Assembly: GCF_947568905.1 (NCBI RefSeq)
Contig: NC_079172.1
Location: 53,878,001 to 53,942,000, forward strand
Length of the DNA stretch: 64,000 nt
DNA from: Ostrea edulis
Lineage: Eukaryota
Direction: 5' to 3'
Shown: positions 39,201-47,176 of the stretch, piece by piece
How positions within the stretch are numbered: position 1 is the stretch's first letter
How the letters are laid out: each line of letters begins with the position of its first letter
Made by a program: the position numbers and the translations under genes
Notes under the pieces: model-generated
Told to the model about the DNA's origin: nothing
The model's input: the letters and a program-made list of their open reading frames with translations, nothing else
The model's database searches: none

Positions 39201-42200
39201 GTGATACTACTATCAATTAAATGATGCATTTGTATAACCCTTTTTAATTTTGCACCGGGGGAGGGCATATATGTTTTACAAACATCTCTTGTTTTCGTTT
39301 TTCAGACGTTTGATATAACTATTATAATAAGCGTTATGAATGCAAAACTGGAATAGAACAGGCGTTGTTGACAGAATCAAAACAATAAAAAACAAGGTTG
39401 GAAATTTAGTTAGTCCTCTCTTTAATTCTAAAACATGCGCTTCTTTCAGATATAAACGAATGTGTTACATTAGCTCCCTGTGCCAATGGAGGAACTTGTA
39501 CAAATGTTGACGGAACATTCATCTGTGCATGCCCATTGGGATGGACAGGAACAACTTGTAGGACTGGTAAGTAACAAAATCAATTGATTTCCTATTTCAG
39601 CAACATATCATTGAAAATTATGTATTTTATCCCATGTAACTGAAAACATATTTCTTTGGAAAAAGTATTCTCGTTTTTTTTCTGCATTAAAAATCAATTA
39701 GTGTATGAAATCAGTAGAAAATGAATGGTTGTCTGTGTTTGACAGATATTGATGAGTGTCTTGTGTCTCCTTGTCTTCATGGCAACTGCTCAAATGTGTT
39801 TGGGTCATATTCTTGTTTGTGTGAGGCAGGGTGGATTGGAGCCAACTGTAGTCAGGGTTTGTATCGAATATTTTAATTATCTGTTCCTATTCCTAATACC
39901 TAACTTAATTTTTTGGTATCTTTGCAAAGATATATATTGCTATCCCTAGCTTGGCACAAAAATGATGATATTCTTAATTTGTTTTAGTAAAGGGTGTATT
40001 AATTTGGTCGCGAGTTTTTCCATAAATGAACGTGCATTAATTCATTTTATCTAGATGTAGACGAATGTCTTCAGATCTCTTGTTTGAACAATGGTACCTG
40101 TGTGAACACACCGGGTTCCAATTACTGCCAATGCCCAGTTGGCTTGTCTGGTGACAGGTGCGACTTAGTAGGTACGTGGACTACTGACTAACTCGATGTT
40201 TCAAGCTGCAAGTCTAACGATGTTATATCATACTTATTCCATCAACTTTTAAATACAGATATCACGGATATTACGATGACCTTTGACATCGTTAACTTTC
40301 CTTGGGTGGATGATCTTGCGGACAACTCGTCAATAATTTTCCAAAGCTATGCTGGAAGATTCTGTCGAGACGTAAGTACATTTGGATGATACGACATTTA
40401 CAGTTAAATTTGTGAGTTCCTCATTACTTGCTTACTTTTTGAATATGATGTACCTTTATATTGACTTCAATGGATGTTGGTTACAGGTAGACATAATCTT
40501 TGCCTTTCGCGCAGCAGATTACCCCGGTTATCTGTACTGCAAAGTTGCATCCTTTGGGTAAGTCGAAAGACAAAGCATTGCATGAGGATTTCTAAGGAAC
40601 ATCAAACAAAATCAACTGCATTCACGTTTAAAATAGATTTGTGGTATTTCCTTTCATCAAATAATGCTTTAATGAATATCATGATCTCCATTTACAGACA
40701 AGACCCTCAGAACATATCGATAGTCCTCACATTTGGGGGACATGAATACACCCCAGGATTTGATAAACAATTGAGAGAAGCTATATTTGAGACAACTCGG
40801 GAATATCGATACCTGAGTTACATTGTTCATTTGATTGGTGATGTTCTCATTGTTTCCGGCAGAATAGAACATGGTGATTGTCCAGTTTATGATATTGTGA
40901 AACACAAGTAAACATTTTTTAATAAAAAGTTATATGGATGAAGAAAGGAAATTTATGCATGAAATTTAGGTGTACAGAATTTATCCATTTCAATTTAAAG
41001 AAAAATTATTCTGAAGAATGGAAATAAAATAATGGAATTGTACTTATCAACAATCGGAGACCTTCATATGCAAAAGCATTATATAAACACAACGATAATG
41101 CTTGCCTTAATCACGCATATTTTTGTTCGATGACAGATTCCTGGATCAGCAATATGACGATGTATATATATGACGATTTCCAATACCGACCTGAATACTC
41201 CGATATAAATTCCACAGAATTCAAATCGTTTGAAAGTTCTTTCTGCAATGATGTGAGTATTCCTATTGTTGTTGGGTGTTTTCTTTTTGGTAACGTTTGG
41301 CTACTGAAAAGCTGATATATTGTACGCGCTGGATATATTTACTGTTTATTGTGTTTAATACAAAGGTTCAGATAGTTGGGGAGTAATTATTGCTACAAAA
41401 ATATGGTTCTTTTTTTTATTTACTGATTTCAATTTTTCAGATTGACTCCTACTTTAAAAACGGCAATTTGACATCAAGATACTATCGATGCTTCTTTGAT
41501 CATATAGGGTAGGTTATTTTTTGCATAGATCTTAATACACTGTTTCAAAAATGGTTCAATGCATAACACTTTAAGTGTACAATATTAATCATAATATGGT
41601 TGAATTTGAAATATACTAGTTAAGTGTATACGTTAAGTATGATTAGCATATATAATGATAAAATGCTCGTCAATATTTCAAACAAATTTTATTAGCTTGT
41701 TGCTGAAGTTTGAAGATGGAGACAGAAAGATCTTTTCAAGTTTCAGTCTGTCCAATGACTGATTCTTGGCATATAATTTTCGGGAAATTAGAATATTCTG
41801 TAAATATATCTCGTATATTTGCAGAAATCTACTGTTCTTGTCTCAGATCTTGATTTTCTGAGTTTTGATTTGCCTCACACCCCATAGAACCACCGCACAT
41901 CCCCACAAACCAGTCTCGAAAACGTCCAAAGAATATCACACAATACGATAATACGTAAAATAGCTATTCGTTAGTAACATAGTTACATCGCATTTATGAC
42001 ATTTCTGTTGTTTAATCTATAATATCCCACTTTCTATCACTACAGGACTGTACAGCCACACACGCTTACATTTATCATGGTATTCAATGGTACAGAAACA
42101 GTTTCACGTGACGTAACCACTGAAGTGATTAGTGCTGGAGCTCAGCATTATAAAGTTGGAAATTTGGATTTGATGTTCATTGGTTCTCAATTTGTTTATT

Positions 42201-45200
42201 TCCATCGTGGGTACAATAACATCGCCATTAACATATCAGATTTTACAACCACCTTCGCTCCTCTGACGACAGAAAGTCCACGTGAGTTACATTTAAGATT
42301 TATTGCTTGATTGTATATTGTTTAACGTCCCTCTCAAGAATATTTCACTCATATGGAGACGTTACCACTGCCGGTGAAGGGCTGCAAAATTTAGGTCTAT
42401 ACTCGGCACTTACGGCCTTTGAGCAGGGAGGGATTTTTATCGTGTCACACCTGCTGCGACACGGGACCTCGGTTTTTGCGGTCTCATGCGAAGGACCGCC
42501 CCATTTAGTCGCCTCTTACGACAAACAAGGAGTACTGCGGACCTATTCTAACCCGGATCCCCACGGAGGGGTTACGTTTAAGATATTTTAGATGATAAAA
42601 TCACCAAATCATTAACATTGTTCAACGTTTTTATGGACAAATCTTGAGTACTGTTCTTTCCAATATGGCTTGATAATTATGTAATATGTAATACCACTTG
42701 CAGAAGGTTGAAATACATTACCTTGTAGATATCATACAGAATGAATTTGTTTATACGTGTATATTCTGCATTTTGTAGACATGTCATTTTCAATTTCTCC
42801 ATTTCTTTACAGTGAAAACGCTGATCAACATAACATTTGTACTGAAAAACTTAACCTACACGCAGCAGTTGACAAACACAGATTCCCAAGAGTTCAAGGC
42901 TCTGGCTTACCCTTTTTGTAGATATGTAAGTTTTACCACAAGCAGTTTGTGTAACAATTTGCTAAACCGATTATGTAAAAACAATAATGAGAACTTCCTA
43001 GCCATTTAGTCCTTATGATTGAAGCTTGTAATGTATAAGTTTTTATGTCAAGTTAAAAGATTTATGCATATCGCAAGATTTGAATTTCATCGCTTTCAAA
43101 CTCGAAAATTACGCAAACTGTTTCATTAAAAACACATGTGAAGCAGTTTTAGGCATGAAATGAATTAATTTTGCTGACAAAATTAAAAAGTTTAGAAACA
43201 TGCGATGTGTCCTTTAAGAAATATAATTCATTGAAAAAGCATAGGTTTTTTTTTTACTAACAAAGCAAATGGTAAATGTAATGTAGATATTAATGTATCA
43301 AACTTTCGTAGAATTAGAAATCAGGTTTTTCCTCCAGCACTTCATTTCATTGTTGTCATTATATTTCTATTCAGTTAACGGATCTTTACTCAACTCGGGA
43401 CCGATTCAAATATATCTACGAGTTATGTCAAGTGATGGCGTTCATGTGAGTAGAATCAGTATGATAACTTGTGATACATTTTATCTTCACAATTACGAGT
43501 ATTTCAGACATCATTCATCAATGTATTTTCTTTTTTTTCAGCCAAGAAAACGGAAAAGATAAAATCAATTTCATTCTGCAGTTTAAGGGGGCTCAAGATC
43601 CTACACTACAAGAGTTTATCTATGGAATCCTTATAGAGAACGCCCCACGGGCAATAGTTAATGGCGAAATATCTATAATCGTGGGTCCACTGGCAGTATT
43701 TGACGACTCCCTGGCTATCAACCAGGCTACCGTCACATACTCGCTGCCACCAGGTGTGTATACTAGTAAGCATGCGCAAAAAGCATACCATAAGATCGTC
43801 ATGAAATATTATGTCTGTGGTGTGAACTTGCAACATTAAAATGAATAACGGTTTCTTTGTCAAATTATTCCACTTTACAACTCTGTTTTAAAAGAAATAC
43901 CCAACTAGTTGTTAAACATGTCCCCTTATTATAGAGCGTAATATTTACATATATTACTAGGATAAAAAAAAAACCAAATTGGATCAAATCATAGCAACAA
44001 TAATATACGATTATTAAAATTCCGTATATTTTACAAAAATTGATGAATGATGATTAGTTCGTGTTCTAGTAAATAATCTGAGATAAGTATTCTAGTCAAG
44101 TTGAAGTTTACACACTCTTCCCATGCATGTGAAAATCGTCTGATTCAATCTAAACCTCCTTGTATTCGGTCGGGTACTAGGTTTGATTTCCTGACTTGCA
44201 TTGTACATATTTATTAGATCCACATCTCCGGTGAACCCCATGGTAACTAGAACAATCCGTTCGTTTGCTACAGAAATGATGTCACTTTTGGCTTGTGCAG
44301 CGAATGTTTTCCATAATATTGGTAGTCTTGCTAAGTGTCTATAGTTGCAAAACATAACACAAGTATTTGTCGGATATTGCATTTGACAATAGAGAATACA
44401 CTAAGGGGAGGTCCAGACAGTTAAGACAACACACGTGTCTGATATGTAAATCCCTGTGTGGTGAGCATTCGACCAACACTAGATGACGTCACAATAATGC
44501 TGTAAAAAGTGGTCTGTGTCATCGTGAAATGTGAATACATCAGACACGCTCAATTTAAATAATTCAATGCTGGCAATGACACATTTTTATTGATTTATTC
44601 TACATTGAAAAACATTTATAATTCATTATTGTGCGTTTAGCCTACATACTTAGGGGAGTTGTGTCCCTTCTATTAGTCACTCAAAGTAGGATACAAATAC
44701 ATGTACCTGATTAGCATCACAGTACATGTATGTGTATATCACAGTGTGTGTACAGACGTGCAAGAATGTGTTAGGGCTGTAAGTCTAGACTTTATAATAA
44801 ACTTGATCAAAATTACGAAATGCATCAGTGAAGCGAACAAGAAATGGCAGTGAAGTGTAAAATTGATTTTGATTTTGTGAACATCATATATGAAAGGAAT
44901 TGGACGGCAAGCTTGAAAATATTAAGATACTTCTGAAAATATCAGGTACCAAGTCAAAATGGATGTAAAGAACATTTTAAGCTGATATGTTCTAAAGCAG
45001 CGGACCTGTAAATAAACAAGGAAGTATTGTAGAAGTGTCACAAAATATAGCACCGAAACTGTCATATTGTATATCATTTTTCAAAGAGCTGTTGATTTAA
45101 CTGCGACAAATAGTGTTTGTATGCAAAACTTTTCTCAATGACAGACACAGCATAAAAAAAACATGCACATAAAATTGTATCTCGCCTAACTGATCATTGG

Positions 45201-46876
45201 CGTGTCCCATCTTTAAAAAGGGTTTTCATTTTACATATGGTTGCAGTAAATGGCTTCAATGTTGTAGAGCAACGCCTCCATCTTCAGTTCATTCACATTT
45301 ATTTCATTTAGTATATATAGCCTCAGGCAATCTATTCATTAGCCCTTTTTAGCTCACCTGAGCCGAAGGCTCAACTGAGCTTTTCTGATTAAAATTTGTC
45401 CGTTGTCTGTCGTCGTTGTAAACTTTTCAACCAAACTTGACACAAAGAATCCTTGGGTGAAGGGCTTTCACGTTTGTTCATTTCCCCTTCAAAAAATAAT
45501 AACAAAAATGCAAAAATAGGGTGGGATCATTTAAAAATCTTCTCAAGAACCACTGGGCCAGAGGAGCTGAAATTTACATGAAAGCTTCCTGATATAGTGC
45601 AGATTCAAGTTTGTTCAAAACTAGAAATTTACATGAAAGTTTCCTGACAGTGCAGATTCACGTTTCTTTAAACCATGGTCCCGTGGATAGGTTGGGGCCA
45701 TAATAGGAATTCAAAGTTTTACATAGCCCAGTAGCTAAGTACTTCGTTACTAGCTTGAAAATACGGATGTATATTTAATTGTTGTTATAAAATTTAGAAA
45801 TTCATTTCAAAATTAAGGATTATCTCCCTCATGCATAGCTCTTATCCTTGGATGAATTTGGCTCCACTTTTTTGGCACGCTGGTTTTGGCTATATTTAGC
45901 TCTAAAACTTCATAGTTATTTCGGATTTCAAACATTTCGGTTGAGCATCACTGAAGAGACATTATTTGTCGAAATGCGCATCTGGTGCATCAAAATTGGT
46001 ACCGTATAAGTTTTACATGGGAATAAATTGGGAAAATCTTTAAAACTCTTCTCAAGAATCACTGGGCCAGAAGTTTGTTCAAATCATGCCCTCCGGGGGT
46101 AGGATAGGGTCACAATAGGGGATCAAAGTTTTATATACAAATATATAGGGAGAAAATCTTTTAAAATCTTCTGATGAAGAATCACTGGACTAGGAAAGTA
46201 CAAATTTACATGAAAGCTTCCGGATATAGTGTAGATTCAAGTTTGTTAAAAGCAGGGCCCGCGGGGGTAGGATGGGGCCATATTATGGGATCAAAATTTT
46301 ACATACTAATAAATAGAGAAAATCTTTAAAAATCTTCTTCTCAAGAACAATTAAGCCAAAGAAGTTTACATTTACATGAAAACTTTTTGACATAGTGCAG
46401 ATTCAAGTTTGTAAAAACATGGTCCCCGGGGGTAGGTTGGGACCACAATCGGGACCAAAGTTTTACATGCAAATATAGATGGAAAATCTTTAGACATAGG
46501 CCAAGGTGACTCGGGTGAGTGATGTGGCCTATGGGCCTCTTGTTATTTTTTGATAACCCTTTCGGACGATAAAGTAATCACATCATCATGATGTGGATCA
46601 TTTCCATACTGCAGCACTCTGAGATGCGCTAACTTATTCCATTCACCTATTTGTTTAGATCTTACAACGCCCAATACTCTGTTGACGGCAGCGCCCCTAG
46701 TGACGGACCCCTGTAAAGATGCCCCAAACAACGCCAACCTACCTGTTCCTGGAAACTGCCATCAGTTCTATAAATGCTCTTTTGGGATTTCCTATCTCTT
46801 TGAGTGTCCGGGACAGACCGTCTTCTTTCCCAATAGAAACCAATGTGATAACAACGATGACACAATTAAATGTTAA
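1599..46876 (+). CDS. Gene A: giant type II membrane protein, TM - SEA - 50xEGF - 3xSEA - ChtBD2 (about 2,610 aa, about 60 coding exons)
   Basis: Hand-spliced phase-consistent model. Exons: 1599-1607 (MVE|gtaagg), 2050-2422, 6327-6362, 6462-6574, 6780-6838, [6953-6997 optional], 10819-10994, 44 EGF exons in 11322-40171, 40259-40371, 40487-40557, 40698-40873, 41137-41252, 41441-41508, 42046-42281, 42813-42925, 43375-43445, 43542-43753, 46659-46876 (TAA). Sum is 7839 nt without the optional exon, one open frame. All junctions are GT-AG except one GC-AG. There is an in-frame TAA upstream of the ATG at 1503. Confidence 0.85.
1680..2026 (+). mobile_element. TTAA-flanked MITE (Kolobok-like) filling most of intron 1
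   Basis: ttaa|aggggcatta ... taatgcccct|ttac: 10-bp TIR, 347 bp. Confidence 0.6.
2514..3515 (+). mobile_element. Helentron-associated-type non-autonomous element (HINE/DINE-like)
   Basis: gtccgtccgtcc microsatellite near the 5' end, internal degenerate aaggtcaaggtca satellite units, and a cggggagcatcc 3' motif repeated 4 times. Confidence 0.55.
3333..3514 (+). repeat. 46-bp perfect tandem repeat, 4 copies
   Basis: gtagttcattggtttaaaatgcatttcggggagcatccatcaatta at 3333, 3379, 3425, 3471. Confidence 0.95.
4593..4796 (+). mobile_element. 5'-truncated copy of the retrozyme-like element, nested in a Penelope-like 3' tail
   Basis: Aligns to the 28.3-28.5 kb copy. The host tail is interrupted at ttgtattcctta | caggagttatgagattgatc. 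Confidence 0.72.
4721..4764 (+). ncRNA. Hammerhead family 1, mutated copy
   Basis: Same motif, but GAAA reads GAAC (A15.1 to C at 4750) and helix I has an extra G.U. Confidence 0.65.
5045..5166 (+). repeat. About 31-bp tandem repeat, about 3.5 copies
   Basis: gtgacctcacatctgcttacacaactcgacgagt. Confidence 0.8.
6327..10994 (+). CDS. Gene A micro-exon plus first SEA-like domain
   Basis: 36-nt exon 6327-6362, then 113-nt ([38 protein letters not shown]), 59-nt ([19 protein letters not shown]) and 176-nt ([34 protein letters not shown]...) exons with phases 1-0, 0-2, 2-1. The pattern strand - Y/W-xx-(E/D)L-x-D-xx-S-xx-F - helix matches the SEA N-terminal signature. The end at 10994 is preferred over 10985 because it gives the same 176 nt as SEA2. 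Confidence 0.7.
6985..8832 (+). repeat. 23-bp minisatellite (catcaatcacacagtaagtaaca), about 80 copies
   Basis: The array begins inside the 3' end of the candidate exon 6953-6997. Variants include 29-bp units and gtatgt/gtacgt forms. Confidence 0.95.
9070..9195 (+). mobile_element. SINE central-domain fragment
   Basis: ggatatgactttaaaacggaggttccgtgtcactaggcgttggcacaataaagaa. Confidence 0.45.
9275..9820. repeat. Imperfect palindrome of about 550 bp built from 21-bp units (caacttatttatgtcaacatg)
   Basis: The left and right arms align in reverse complement. Centre at about 9520. Confidence 0.75.
10005..10198 (+). repeat. Degenerate GC-richer tandem repeat of about 39 bp (ctccggctcttacagctcggctctttctggctcttcgtg)
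   Basis: About 5 degenerate copies. Confidence 0.7.
11322..31345 (+). CDS. Gene A EGF repeats 1-26, one per phase-1 exon
   Basis: Exon starts: 11322, 11882, 12508, 14593, 15322, 16620, 16812, 17179, 17956, 18389, 18741, 19072, 22443, 22659, 22861, 23511, 24106 (114 nt); 27363, 27642, 27874 (111 nt); 29040, 29802, 30256, 30647, 31008, 31232 (114 nt). Most read D-(I/V)-(D/N)-E-C...C...C-x-N-xx-G-S-(Y/F)-x-C-x-C-xx-G-W-x-G-xx-C (Ca-binding EGF consensus). Confidence 0.93.
12720..14543 (+). mobile_element. Degenerate 5'-truncated Penelope-like retroelement RT (RT C-terminal, probably the N-terminal-endonuclease Naiad type)
   Basis: Motifs across broken frames: [65 protein letters not shown] (YIDD mutated), [35 protein letters not shown]. 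Frameshifts and TAA stops are present. No endonuclease follows the RT. A conserved non-coding tail ends at ttatcttcacctt. Confidence 0.78.
14846..15029. repeat. Near-perfect inverted repeat (78-79-bp arms, 3 differences, 27-bp spacer) between (TA)n tracts
   Basis: Arms at 14846-14924 and 14952-15029. Contains hammerhead family 2. Confidence 0.9.
14897..14937 (-). ncRNA. Minimal type I hammerhead ribozyme (family 2)
   Basis: Minus strand TCAC-CTGAGGA-TGGAT(GTTAAA)ATCCA-GAA-AGCGCT-A^GTGA: helix I 4 bp, helix II 5 bp (U-A closing pair rather than the usual G-C), palindromic helix III, CUA triplet. Confidence 0.68.
15531..15826 (+). mobile_element. Penelope-like 3' fragment, diverged
   Basis: Matches 14185-14543 with deletions. 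Confidence 0.72.
19925..20490 (+). repeat. 56-bp tandem repeat, about 10 copies
   Basis: gtgtctttattttgtgtgttatgtctattctttgtcgtggaatacttcctggtggt. Confidence 0.95.
20680..20965 (+). pseudogene. Decayed Tc1/mariner transposase fragment
   Basis: Broken frames give LGICSNRP...[19 protein letters not shown] (Tc1 VLFSDESRF motif) and [10 protein letters not shown] (GGSVMVWG motif). Confidence 0.5.
21465..22415 (+). repeat. About 23-bp minisatellite (ttgtttacatgttttagggagtg), about 40 copies
   Basis: Ends about 25 nt before the EGF exon at 22443. Confidence 0.95.
24504..26051. mobile_element. TTAA-flanked non-autonomous DNA transposon (Kolobok-like), 1548 bp
   Basis: ttaa|aggacacatc ... gatgtgtcct|ttaa, plus a perfect 19-bp subterminal inverted repeat gtgacgtcatatgcgacct at 24687 and 25852-25870. 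Confidence 0.72.
28085..28263 (+). mobile_element. Penelope-like 3' tail, abutting the retrozyme-like element tail-to-tail
   Basis: caggggatacttactcctcctaggcacctaatccaacctctgg...cttcactttt. Confidence 0.72.
28264..28652 (-). mobile_element. Hammerhead-bearing retrozyme-like element: 351-nt monomer plus 38-nt terminal direct repeat
   Basis: taatgtaaaacttatacggtaccaattttgatgcacca occurs at 28264 and 28615 (period 351). No ORF. Confidence 0.7.
28296..28339 (-). ncRNA. Hammerhead family 1, mutated copy
   Basis: Same motif on the minus strand. The cleavage triplet AUC is changed to AGU, which also breaks the helix III palindrome. Confidence 0.65.
31435..32241 (+). CDS. Gene A single 807-nt exon encoding seven EGF repeats (27-33)
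   Basis: tttcag|AT at 31435 to G|GTAAAT at 32241. 269 codons = 3x39 + 4x38 aa EGF units, no internal introns. Confidence 0.95.
32461..40171 (+). CDS. Gene A EGF repeats 34-50, one per phase-1 exon
   Basis: Exon starts: 32461, 32967, 33725, 34070, 34342 (114 nt); 34549 (111); 34778 (114); 35307, 35535, 35884, 36546, 36961, 37298, 37730 (111); 39450 (117); 39746 (111); 40055 (117). Each has six Cys and AG/GT ends. Confidence 0.93.
33190..33432 (+). mobile_element. tRNA-derived SINE
   Basis: A-box-like gtggtagtgattaagtgg, B-box gagttcgagccc, central ggatatgacc...aaaacggaggtc domain shared with 9110-9170 and 42305-42567, tail gagacgtaaaacaaccaa. Confidence 0.6.
37866..39293 (+). mobile_element. 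Helentron-associated-type element with internal satellite repeats
   Basis: ttaggtcatctga...tcaggtgac subterminal hairpin, gtccgtcgtcgtgcgtcgtcc microsatellite, repeated aaaattgtaaatttcatgatccccgggg units, 3' ggggagggcata...ctcttgtt. Confidence 0.62.
38945..39060 (-). mobile_element. Penelope-like 3' tail nested in a Helentron-type element
   Basis: Reverse complement of the tail (gataacgaacagtgg...gggcaaacacggacccctggacacaccagagg). Confidence 0.72.
40259..43753 (+). CDS. Gene A three tandem SEA-like domains, three exons each
   Basis: 113/71/176, 116/68/236 and 113/71/212 nt with phases 1-0, 0-2, 2-1. First exons read [77 protein letters not shown] and [38 protein letters not shown]. Confidence 0.78.
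42305..42567 (-). mobile_element. SINE-like element with a non-tRNA structured 5' head
   Basis: The minus strand shares the ccgaggtcccgtgtc...acgataaa core and gggacgttaaac tail with the 33.2-kb SINE. The head is ccgtggggatccgggttagaataggtcc...tgtcgtaagaggcgactaaatgggg. Confidence 0.6.
43064..43213. mobile_element. Isolated right end of the same TTAA element
   Basis: Matches 25901-26051, including gatgtgtcct|ttaa. Confidence 0.75.
45725..46018 (+). mobile_element. 5'-truncated copy of the retrozyme-like element, nested in a Helentron-type element
   Basis: Aligns to the 28.3-28.56 kb copy. aagttttacat is present on both sides of the insertion. Confidence 0.75.
45945..45988 (+). ncRNA. Minimal type I hammerhead ribozyme, intact core (family 1)
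   Basis: GCATCA-CTGAAGA-GACA(TTATT)TGTC-GAA-ATGCGCAT-C^TGGTGC: helix I 6 bp (one G.U), CUGANGA and GAAA cores, helix II 4 bp, self-complementary helix III, AUC triplet with cleavage after 45982. Confidence 0.8.
46659..46876 (+). CDS. Gene A last exon: peritrophin-A type chitin-binding domain (ChtBD2/CBM14)
   Basis: ttgtttag|AT phase 1. [19 protein letters not shown]-x14-C-x5-C-x9-C-x12-C-x8-C-stop, with aromatic residues (HQFYKC, VFFP) at the usual positions. Confidence 0.82.
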
Positions 46877-47170
46877 ATCGTTCTTTTGTTGTCTGAGAAA
46901 TCCATTTTCATGGACTCATTTGATATATTTATTCAATATCTCATGTTTATATCATCGTATCATAATTTTGTCATAATATGATATTCTATCATACTTTGTT
47001 ACCATTTTCGTATTTTAGTGCAGATTTACCGTGCTTTAGGTTAGTTTTGTTAATGATCTTTTACATTTCGAGCTATCCGTTCAGTTTTCGCAACGGCCTT
47101 TGTATCATTATTATGTAGAGACACAAGTCTTGACATTTTGACTGTTGAAATGTTTTACATATTGGACACA

Positions 47171-47176
47171 AATAAA
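47171..47176 (+). terminator. Candidate poly(A) signal of gene A
   Basis: AATAAA about 295 nt after the stop. The sequence is AT-rich, so this is weak on its own. Confidence 0.3.

Larger units (their letters stand above)
45346..46544 (+). mobile_element. Helentron-associated-type element with about 165-bp satellite monomers
   Basis: tttagctcacctgagccgaaggctca head, gtccgttgtctgtcgtcgt, repeated atagtgcagattcaagtttgt monomers, ggtgagtgatgtggcctatgggcctcttgtt tail. Confidence 0.68.

Noticed and set aside
11322-40171. Calling gene A Notch, Crumbs, fibropellin or fibrillin
   Set aside because: No LNR/ankyrin, laminin-G, CUB/avidin or TB domains, and the topology is type II. No gene symbol is justified.
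42307-42591. 94-aa plus-strand ORF
   Set aside because: It lies wholly within the antisense strand of a SINE-like repeat.
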